NCBI GenBank assembly: GCA_017882345.1
Contig: JADGPT010000003.1
Coordinates: 1 to 44,015 of the forward strand
Source of the DNA: Bacteroidales bacterium
GTDB taxonomy: Bacteria > Bacteroidota > Bacteroidia > Bacteroidales > VadinHA17
Direction of reading: 5' to 3'
Length of the DNA stretch: 44,015 nt
Part shown: in pieces, positions 28,059 through 36,800 of the stretch
Numbering within the stretch: the first letter of the stretch is position 1
How the letters are laid out: every line of letters starts with the position of its first letter
Program-made: the position numbers and the translations under genes
Notes under the pieces: generated by a model
The model's database searches: none
Seen by the model: the letters and a program-made list of their open reading frames with translations, nothing else
Told to the model about the DNA's origin: nothing

Positions 28059-28502
28059 ATGAGAATACTTAGAATAATTCCAATACTGGCATTACTTGTA
28101 GTTGCTACAACTTTTAATGTAAATGCTCAGTGCAAAGCATTCGCTAAAAAGGTTTGCATCCCTGAGTTGGGAGCGTATACCCATGATGGAAACTATCATG
28201 CTGCAATACTTGTTGAAGGCGAGGAAGCCGAGCTATATAAAACATTTTATTCCGACATGGATTACAGAGTCTCAATCTGTGGAGAAGACAAACTTCCGGA
28301 TGTGGAATTCAGGGTACTGGATGCAAATAAAAATGTACTCTATTCAAATAAAGATGCGAACTTTGCTAAAACATGGGATTTCAAACTACAATCCAGTCAA
28401 CAGCTAAAGCTCATTGTTAAAGTTAACTCATTTAATAAACCAGGTGAAACACCGGCAAGTGGTTGTGTTGCAATAATGTTTGGATTCAAAATAAAAAAAT
28501 AA
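28059..28502 (+). CDS. Hypothetical secreted beta-sandwich protein with four Cys
   Basis: Signal peptide ending VNA/Q, C..FAKK.C, YRVSICG, VLDAN.NVLYSN, GCVAIMFG; starts 4 nt after the lipoprotein stop. Confidence 0.8.
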   Translation: MRILRIIPILALLVVATTFNVNAQCKAFAKKVCIPELGAYTHDGNYHAAILVEGEEAELYKTFYSDMDYRVSICGEDKLPDVEFRVLDANKNVLYSNKDANFAKTWDFKLQSSQQLKLIVKVNSFNKPGETPASGCVAIMFGFKIKK

Positions 28503-28522
28503 AATATATCGATTACAAAATA

Positions 28523-28550
28523 GGAGGGACGTTGCATGCAACGTCCCTCC
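28523..28550. repeat. Perfect 28-nt palindrome (REP-like); probable bidirectional terminator
   Basis: ggagggacgttgcatgcaacgtccctcc between convergent genes, flanked by aaaata / atatttt. Confidence 0.8.
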
Positions 28551-28555
28551 ATATT

Positions 28556-31348
28556 TTATATATGTTTCACCAGTTTCGGTGCCAGATATCTGCCTGTGTA
28601 AGATTCTTTACATCGGGCCAGATCCTCAGGTTTTCCCTCAAAAACAACCCAACCACCGTCTTCTCCACCTTCAGGTCCAAGATCAATAACCCAGTCGGAA
28701 CTCTTTATCACTTCCTGATTATGTTCAATAAGTATCACTGAATGTCCGTGATCGACAAGGGCATTTATTGATTTAAGAAGCTTATTTATATCATGAAAAT
28801 GCAATCCTGTTGTAGGTTCGTCAAAAATAAATAATATATGTCCACTACCTCGTTCCTGACTAAGGAAATATGCCAATTTTACCCTTTGACTTTCACCTCC
28901 CGACAAAGTACTTGACGACTGTCCCATCTTGATATATCCCAAACCGACATCTGAAAGCGGTTTCAGCTTTTCAACAATCCTCTTCTCATTCTTTCCCGGA
29001 TGTGAATTAAAAAATTCAATTGCTTCATCTATGGTCATCTCAAGCATATCATAAATGTTCTTATCATTATATCTCACATCGAGTATGTCCTTTTTGAACC
29101 TCATCCCTTTGCAGCTTTCACATGTCAGTTCCACATCGGCCATAAACTGCATTTCAACCCGTATTATTCCTTCTCCCTGGCATTCTTCACATCTGCCGCC
29201 TTCAATGTTAAATGAAAAATGTGATGCTTTATAATTATTCTGGACTGAAGACTGCAGCTCTGAATAAAGTTTCCGGATTTCATCATAAGCTTTTAGGTAT
29301 GTAACCGGATTTGATCTGCTCGATCTGCCTATAGGATTCTGATCAACCATTTCAATGCCTGTTATACTGGATGTGTCTCCAGTGATTTCTCCATGTTGAC
29401 CTGGTTTTAAATTTGTTCCGTTAATCCTGTTAGACAATACTTTATATAATATATCAGATACAAGACTTGACTTACCTGAACCGCTCACTCCTGTAACGGC
29501 AGTAATGGTATGGAGAGGAAACTTTACATCAATGCCTTTCAGGTTATTCTCCCTTGCACCTTTAATTTCAATATAGCTATTCCATTTTCTTCTGGTTCCC
29601 GGAACAGGTACAACCAATCTGCCACTGAGATAGCTGGCAGTAAGTGATTTATTTGCTGTTGTAAGATCGAGACCCCCCTGATAAACTACCTCACCACCGA
29701 GCCTGCCTGCTTCCGGTCCCATATCAATTATTTCATCAGCGGCTCTTATAATCTCTTCTTCATGCTCCACTACAATTACTGAGTTACCCAGGTCTCTTAG
29801 CTCTTTCAATACCCCGATCAAAAGGTTGGTGTCCCGGGGATGAAGCCCAATACTGGGTTCGTCAAGAATGTACATCGAACCTACAAGGTTGCTACCCAGT
29901 GAAGTCGAAAGGTTTATTCTCTGGGATTCTCCCCCTGACAATGTTGCAGAGACCCTGTCGAGCGTAAGATATGGCAGACCGACCTCAATAAGGAACTTCA
30001 GCCGGACGGTGATCTCTTTGATCAGTCTTTCTGCAACCGTGGCATCAGGTTCATTAAGCTTAATTGCAGAAATTACTTCATAAAGCTTTCCGACAGGGAT
30101 TGAAACAAGTTCCTGGATTGTTTTTCCACCAACCTTTACATAACCTGCCTCCTTACGTAATCTTGATCCCTTGCATTCAGGACATGTTGTTTTCCCTCGA
30201 TACCGGCTTAAAAGTACCCGGTACTGAATTTTGAATTTTTTCTCCTCGATATGATCAAAGAATTTGTTTATACCATCGAAATATTTATTTCCTTTCCAGA
30301 GAAGCGCCTTTTGTTCATCAGTAAGCTGGTAGACCGGTTTATGTATCGGGAAGTCGAATGATCCGGCATTAGTTACCAGTCTTTCTTTCCACTTTTTCAT
30401 TGTTTCCCCTTTCCAGCAAGCAATAGCATCCTCATAAACTGAGAGGTTCTGGTTGGGTATAACAAGATTTTCATCTATACCTATAATCTTACTATATCCC
30501 TCACAAACCGGACAAGCACCGATAGGATTATTAAAACTGAACAAATATTCAGAAGGCTCTTCAAAAAGAATTCCATCCTCTTCAAATTTATTCGAAAAGC
30601 TTTCTCTTCTCACCACCTTATCATTGAGTACAACCACCTGACAATATCCTTTGCCTGTTTGAAATGCTGTTTGTGCAGAGTCGGCAGCCCGGCTGAAACT
30701 GTCAGGAGAATGTTCAATTACCAGTCTGTCGATTACTATGTTTATCTGCTGACCTGGTTTATATTTATTTAAAGATTCCGGCTCATCAGTTTTGATGAGT
30801 TTGCCTTCTGATTCAATACGATTAAATCCCTGTTTTTCGAGGAATAAAAAATATTCCGAAACTTTAATGTTTTCTGGTATCTCCGCTGAAGAAGTAATAA
30901 TTACTTTAGTTCCCTCAGGCAGAGCAGCAAGAAAATCAATAATATCATCTACACTGTGTTTTTTGACTTCTTTTCCGGAAACCGGAGAATATGTCCTGCC
31001 AATCCTGGCAAACAGAAGTCTCATATAATCATAAATCTCCGTCGAGGTACCAACTGTGGAACGTGGATTTCTGGAATTAACTTTCTGTTCAATTGCAATG
31101 GCAGGAGGGATGCCGTTTATAAAATCAACTTCAGGCTTATTCATCCGGCCAAGGAACTGACGGGCATAAGATGAGAGACTTTCTACGTATCTTCTCTGAC
31201 CTTCAGCATATATTGTGTCAAAAGCAAGAGAAGATTTCCCCGATCCGGATACCCCGGTTATTACAACAATTTTATTTCTGGGAATTTTAAGACTGACATT
31301 TTTCAGATTATGTACCCTTGCCCCCCTGATTTCAATAAAGCCATCCAT
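28556..31348 (-). CDS. uvrA: Excinuclease ABC subunit A
   Basis: GARVHNLKN, two Walker A motifs GVSGSGKSSL, EGQRRYVESLS, LSGGESQR twice, FSFN..GACP.C.G and GGRCEECQG. Confidence 0.96.
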   Translation of the reverse strand: MDGFIEIRGARVHNLKNVSLKIPRNKIVVITGVSGSGKSSLAFDTIYAEGQRRYVESLSSYARQFLGRMNKPEVDFINGIPPAIAIEQKVNSRNPRSTVGTSTEIYDYMRLLFARIGRTYSPVSGKEVKKHSVDDIIDFLAALPEGTKVIITSSAEIPENIKVSEYFLFLEKQGFNRIESEGKLIKTDEPESLNKYKPGQQINIVIDRLVIEHSPDSFSRAADSAQTAFQTGKGYCQVVVLNDKVVRRESFSNKFEEDGILFEEPSEYLFSFNNPIGACPVCEGYSKIIGIDENLVIPNQNLSVYEDAIACWKGETMKKWKERLVTNAGSFDFPIHKPVYQLTDEQKALLWKGNKYFDGINKFFDHIEEKKFKIQYRVLLSRYRGKTTCPECKGSRLRKEAGYVKVGGKTIQELVSIPVGKLYEVISAIKLNEPDATVAERLIKEITVRLKFLIEVGLPYLTLDRVSATLSGGESQRINLSTSLGSNLVGSMYILDEPSIGLHPRDTNLLIGVLKELRDLGNSVIVVEHEEEIIRAADEIIDMGPEAGRLGGEVVYQGGLDLTTANKSLTASYLSGRLVVPVPGTRRKWNSYIEIKGARENNLKGIDVKFPLHTITAVTGVSGSGKSSLVSDILYKVLSNRINGTNLKPGQHGEITGDTSSITGIEMVDQNPIGRSSRSNPVTYLKAYDEIRKLYSELQSSVQNNYKASHFSFNIEGGRCEECQGEGIIRVEMQFMADVELTCESCKGMRFKKDILDVRYNDKNIYDMLEMTIDEAIEFFNSHPGKNEKRIVEKLKPLSDVGLGYIKMGQSSSTLSGGESQRVKLAYFLSQERGSGHILFIFDEPTTGLHFHDINKLLKSINALVDHGHSVILIEHNQEVIKSSDWVIDLGPEGGEDGGWVVFEGKPEDLARCKESYTGRYLAPKLVKHI

Positions 31349-31504
31349 ATCTGATTCTTTAAAAAACTTGTTAAATTTCTGTTAAAGCTCAAAAGTAATA
31401 CTTTCAAATCAAAAAAATTGCTTTCTTTGTAATTGCAACATTTACTAACGAAAAACAGACTGCCTATAAAACATCTCTACTCTAGTTAATTAAACGAGAG
31501 AGTT

Positions 31505-32092
31505 ATGAATAAGATGATTTCCGATTATGAACTGATTCTGAGGTTCATAAAGGGTGAGCAGTCGTGCTTTGAAAAGATAATCCACCGTCATAAGAACAAG
31601 GTTTTCGCGTATATAAGTCTTTATATACGTGATCAGGCTCTTGCAGAAGATATCTTTCAGGATACTTTCCTTAAAGTTATTCAATCTGTTAAAGCGGGTA
31701 AATATTCCGATAACGGAAAATTTGTCTCCTGGGTGATGCGTATAGCTCATAACCTTATTATAGACCATTTCCGCAGGATCAAGCAGATGAATACTATTTC
31801 TAACGATAATTATGAGTCTGATCTTTTTAATTCAAAATCGTTTGCTGAAGACAATGTAGAAGACGATATGATTAAACGACAGATACAAAAAGACGTAAGA
31901 AATATAATTAGCCATTTACCTGATGACCAAAGGGAAGTAGTAATCCTGAGGCATTATGCAGGATTAAGCTTTAAAGAAATCGCTGATATTACTGATGTAA
32001 GTATAAATACAGCTCTTGGCCGTATGAGATATGCCCTCATTAATATGAGGAGAATAATGGTTGAGAATAAAATCACTTTGACACTGAATTAG
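31505..32092 (+). CDS. ECF-type RNA polymerase sigma-70 factor
   Basis: AEDIFQDTF.K, F.SW..RIAHN..IDHFR (region 2), LP.DQREV..LR....SFKEIA......NTALGRMRYAL (region 4). Confidence 0.93.
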   Translation: MNKMISDYELILRFIKGEQSCFEKIIHRHKNKVFAYISLYIRDQALAEDIFQDTFLKVIQSVKAGKYSDNGKFVSWVMRIAHNLIIDHFRRIKQMNTISNDNYESDLFNSKSFAEDNVEDDMIKRQIQKDVRNIISHLPDDQREVVILRHYAGLSFKEIADITDVSINTALGRMRYALINMRRIMVENKITLTLN

Positions 32093-32183
32093 ATCGGGAT
32101 CATTATCGAATAAGAACATATAAATTAATTATTTAATATAACAATAATATGTAATCCGGGGCGTTTTCATTAAAACTGAGAAT

Positions 32184-32381
32184 ATGGAGCCTATGGGATT
32201 AATTTTTACTCAATTTATCACATTCCGGGATATCAAAGTTGAAGACATAGATCTTTTTGAAGATGCAATGGGTTTAAACTTTGAATTCTTTGAAGTGATT
32301 GAACTACTCCGGCAAGTAAAACCGGTTCCGGAGAGATGCTTGACAACGAGCCTGATAAAAAAAATCAGGAAAAAAGTTTAA
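32184..32381 (+). CDS. Small hypothetical protein downstream of ECF sigma factor
   Basis: 65-aa ORF with A-rich upstream region; acidic N half, amphipathic basic C-terminal helix after a Pro. Confidence 0.55.
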   Translation: MEPMGLIFTQFITFRDIKVEDIDLFEDAMGLNFEFFEVIELLRQVKPVPERCLTTSLIKKIRKKV

Positions 32382-32465
32382 AGGTTACAGGTAGATGGAA
32401 ATCAATGCCAGGAAATGTTAAAAGGGAGGAATCGCGAATAACTTTATGGCCGGATAGTATCTGTA

Positions 32466-33170
32466 TTATTGATTTAAAAAGTATATCGAATGGCAGGCTG
32501 CAACGCCTGCCGTTTCTGTTCTAAGACGACTTTGTCCAAGATGAACCTGAAAAAAATCTCTGTTGACTGCAGAATCAATCTCTTCCCTGGTGAAATCGCC
32601 TTCCGGTCCGATCATTATTATTGCACTATCACTTTTTGAATATACATCAGATACCCTGCTTCTTATTATTGAATCATTACAATGAGCAATCATCCTGACG
32701 CCTTTTGAATCCATATTTATAAAATCTTTGAAATTACATGGTTCATTAAGTACCGGCTTTGTTGCTTTAAGAGATTGTTTCATTGCCGAAATGATAAGAT
32801 TGTTAACTCTTCCCGGCTTTATTCCCGGCTTTTCAGTATTTCTGCAAACCAGAGGAGTAATCTCATCGATACCTATCTCAACACTCTTTTCAATAAACCA
32901 TTCAAATCGTTCAGGATTCTTTAATGGTGAGATTGCAATATGAAGCCTGTAATTCCTTTTTTCGAAATCCTTAATTTCCCCTGTGATTTCAATTCTGCAC
33001 TTGTTCTGATCCGGTTCGCTTATGATTCCCTCATACAGATTCCCTTTACCGTCAATCAGCCTGACCTTAGCGCCTCTTGTCATTCTTAGTACCCTGATCA
33101 AATGCTTTGACTCGTTTTCGTCAAGTGTATACGTTTTGCCAATAATATCAGGTGCATAAAATATCTGCAT
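32466..33170 (-). CDS. rsmE: 16S rRNA (uracil-1498-N3)-methyltransferase
   Basis: HL.RVLR, EK.VEIG, AMKQS, IGPEGDF, LG..RLRTETA. Start moved to ATG 33170 (MQIFY); TAATTTTG promoter motif at 33186-33193 on the minus strand. Confidence 0.94.
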   Translation of the reverse strand: MQIFYAPDIIGKTYTLDENESKHLIRVLRMTRGAKVRLIDGKGNLYEGIISEPDQNKCRIEITGEIKDFEKRNYRLHIAISPLKNPERFEWFIEKSVEIGIDEITPLVCRNTEKPGIKPGRVNNLIISAMKQSLKATKPVLNEPCNFKDFINMDSKGVRMIAHCNDSIIRSRVSDVYSKSDSAIIMIGPEGDFTREEIDSAVNRDFFQVHLGQSRLRTETAGVAACHSIYFLNQ

Positions 33171-33244
33171 AGAAACCAATTTATGCAAAATTAGGAAATT
33201 AGAACTTATATTTACGCAGTATTGTTAAAACCTTTGCTGTTTCA

Positions 33245-33325
33245 ACCCCCCTTCCCCCCATATGGGGGGTTAAAAAACAGACATAACTTTAAAAGCCCCC
33301 CATTTTGGGGGGTGGGGGGTAAAAA
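33245..33325. repeat. Inverted pair of C6-Nx-G6 repeat elements (BIME-like doublet)
   Basis: accccccttccccccatatggggggtt (minus-orientation copy) and aaagccccccattttggggggtggggggtaaaaa (plus copy) separated by about 20 nt. Confidence 0.85.
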
Positions 33326-33332
33326 TTTATAT

Positions 33333-33839
33333 ATGAAAATAGGTCTTCTCTCGGACACACATGGATGGATTCACCCGCGGCTTTTTGATCATTTTGCAGA
33401 TTGTGATGAAATATGGCATGCAGGAGACATTGGAAACGTTGAAACAGCAGATAGACTTTCCAGCTTCAAACCTTTGAAAGCTGTTTACGGTAACATTGAT
33501 GATGCAGTTATCAGAAGTATTTATAAAGAGAATTTAATTTTCATGGCTGAAGAAATCAGGGTTTGGCTTACCCATATTGGTGGAACACCCGGCCATTATG
33601 ACCGCAGAATATTACCTGCTCTGAATGAAAATCCTCCTGATCTTTTTATTTGCGGACATTCACATATCGCAAAGGTGATGAATGATAAAAAGTCAGGATT
33701 TTTATATATGAATCCTGGGGCTGCTGGTTATAACGGTTTTCATAAGTATATGACAGCAATCAGGTTTTATATTGATGGGAAAAACATTCACGATCTTGAA
33801 CTGATAGAGCTTGGCGAGCGGGGCAGGGTCATTTTATAA
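33333..33839 (+). CDS. YfcE/MJ0936-like metallophosphoesterase
   Basis: LSDTH, HAGD, GNID, GHSH, NPG motifs. Start moved to ATG 33333; the upstream in-frame extension is translated repeat DNA. Confidence 0.9.
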   Translation: MKIGLLSDTHGWIHPRLFDHFADCDEIWHAGDIGNVETADRLSSFKPLKAVYGNIDDAVIRSIYKENLIFMAEEIRVWLTHIGGTPGHYDRRILPALNENPPDLFICGHSHIAKVMNDKKSGFLYMNPGAAGYNGFHKYMTAIRFYIDGKNIHDLELIELGERGRVIL

Positions 33840-36800
33840 GACCATTGAGATCCCTGGAATTATCTTCCGCTTTGTTATCCGACATTCTCTGAAGGAATTT
33901 GCCAAGCCGGTCTTCAACTGCAATCATATATGTATAAGGTACTTTTATTGTTGATTCAGGGTGTTTTCTATCATTAAGTTTCGTTTTGGCAATAATTGTA
34001 TTATAGCTGTTGTTCCCCGACTGTGTCATCATTACGCCTCTGAAATATGAGAAATAATACCAGGTAGATTGATCTGCTTTCAGATATATATCAATCAAAT
34101 CACCCGATCTTCTTCTTTGAATCTCAATATAGCCGTCAACATAAACATTTACAGGTTGTGGTCCTATGAATCCGATACCTATTTTACCTGTCGATCGGAA
34201 GGATGCTGTAGATTCATTCCAGAAGAGTTTTACATCGTTGAGAAGAAGTTCGTATTTAAATTCCTTCGGCAGGTTCCTTGTTGCGCCGAACAGATCCATG
34301 TCCTCCTTTAATTGCGATGCAATATTCACTCCCAGGAGATCCTTCATAGCCTTGTTATTCAGATCTGAATTCAGATTCACAGGTTTAAGCGACGGCATCA
34401 TTCTTATTTCATCTGCCATAACTTTAAGGGCTTCAGAGGAGAAATGAAAATCAAGGGCAAGGATCGCATTAATGTTAACTTTACCCGAATCAAGGACATG
34501 AACTACATTGCCAGCACTGGTAAGTTTAACAAGGTCAAGCTTTGCGCCAAAATCAATATGTCCCTCTCCCGACAATATGCAGTAGTTTTTATCGAAGCCA
34601 ATCATATTCCCCGGAAGAGTCTGATCGATAAGCTTTTCACGCGAGGCGATTAAGTATCTGCCTTTTGCTTTTTCATAGTAGAGCCATCCATTTGAGTTTA
34701 CCAGAGCGACATCGGACCATGATTTTTGGGCAGAAAGGAAAGTTGGATATATATGAATAGAATCAATATTGATGAAAGATCCGGAAACTACAAGATTATC
34801 ATTCATGTCTCTGGGTTTCTCAACGACGGGGATCATAACATTTTTTGGATCGATCTGGTATTTGAATTTGAGTGAATAACTCTCGATTGTTCTGCAATTA
34901 TGCAAGATACCTGCAGCTCCTGTAAAGGTAAGATTATCGGCCCGGGCTGAGAGGGCAACATCACCGGAAAATGAGAAAGCAGGACTTAGCATGAATTTTT
35001 GAGATACAGGTATATAGCCTTTCGCGTAGGTTGTTGCCGTATCGACCTCCAATTCCGGAAAATTAATTTTCTGAATCTCTTTATTTTCATCCAAATAATC
35101 GTAAATAGCGCTACCGGTATATCTTTTTGTTGATTCAATATCAATCTTTGCAGAATGCAATATGTGTCTGTGGTTCAAAGCAATGACGGCATTCTGCATC
35201 TGTTGAATTTTAGCTCTCCGGTTAATTATAATCTTCCCATTTTCTGGTTGAATGAGTGCATCAGCAATATGAATATAATTTATGTTTTCCGCTTCAATAT
35301 ATTCCTGATCCAGGTGATAACTTCCTTTCCATGATGAGAAAGCGACTGTATCAGAAAGATTGTTTGTGGCAAAAAAAGTCGGCTTATCAAGTCTGGCGAA
35401 GTCAAGCTTTATGAGTTTATCAGTTGTTAAAAGAGGAATATTCGACTTTCCCTTCTGCTCCATATTGAGAATACGGTTTTCCATATTGTAAGTAAAATCT
35501 GTCATTGTACAGATATATTGGATCTCTGGAAATTTTACAACTGATGAATCAGTATTTAACCTGAAGTGTGCCATCTTAAGATCAAAATTGATCTCTGTAT
35601 TGGCATTTTCCGCAATAAATGAATATCCGTTTGTGGAAAGCGATTTGAGAGTATAATCAGCAGTATCGGCTTTAATTGCATTCGATGTAAAACTGAAAAG
35701 ATTGGAAGTGACTCTGGAATCGGTTAAATTAATTATTCCAGTACCATTCAGTCTTGCCGGGGAAAGTGATAATTTGCCATCAAGGGTTGTTCCATTTCCG
35801 AACATATTAAAAGTCTTTCCTTCTGCGGTGGTTGCTATCCATTCATCTTTTTGAGTCAGCCATCTGACTGCGACATCCTGGCTGTTAAGTATGGGAAATA
35901 TTCCTGATCCATCTTTTTCAATATTGAAAGTCGAGGCATTGGTGATCATGGAATCAGGGAAGAATTTAAATTCATCCGATACTGTTGTGGATGTCAAATG
36001 TTTTATAGTCCCGCTTCCTGTCAGTCCCTTGTTACTCATGCTAAGAGCATTATATAATATACCCCTGTTCCCATACACTTCAATCCCTTCCGGAGGGATG
36101 GTCATATTAAATCCTAATGAGTTGTTTTCCTGTATAACCAGATACTGACGCATTGGTTTAAGAATATTTCCTCCCACAAATTCTCCCGATAGGTTCAAAT
36201 CCTTGTTTGTGTAATGATCTATATTTTCATAGGTGAAAGGATCAACCTTAAAATAAAAATCCTTTTGTTTGTAAACACCCTCAAGTCCGGCTATCTTATC
36301 ATAGAAAATATATGAGTTTGTAGTTGTATTTATGATCGGATACTGCTTCAGGCTTTTTAATCCGGATTTGTTATCCGGTTTATCGATATAAAGTTCCGCT
36401 GAGCCCAGTTGAATAAGATTCTCTACATTTTGAATAATAGGATTACCCAGTTTATCCCTCTTATCGGTCTCAACAGAAATTTTTATGGAATCGATTTTCT
36501 GAAGCCTGATCTTAAATGTATCATAGCTGAATAAGAAATTATGCCCGAAAACTGTAAATAGACCTGCTTCAACGATACCGTCAAAATTAATGTTTCTGTT
36601 TTTACCGATTATCAATTGTTTATTATAAGGATAAATTGCAACCTTCTGGGAATCGCTAAGTAAGACGCTGGATACACCATTTATTGTCAGACCGAATTTT
36701 TTCAGATCAAGGATAGCGTTATCAGCAGGTGCTCTTGTTTCGCTGACTATATTTATGATATCATAGTCTTTTTTTCTGGCATATGAATTGAGGAAATCCT

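Noticed and set aside
32336-32524. 62-aa ORF bridging the small ORF and rsmE
   Set aside because: Overlaps both neighbours and has no supporting features.
33222-33332. N-terminal extension of the metallophosphoesterase in the ORF track
   Set aside because: It is translated repeat DNA from a TTG; family homology begins at ATG 33333 (MKIGLLSDTH).
33829-33839. 11-nt 3' overlap of convergent genes
   Set aside because: Short convergent overlaps are common and imply no function by themselves.
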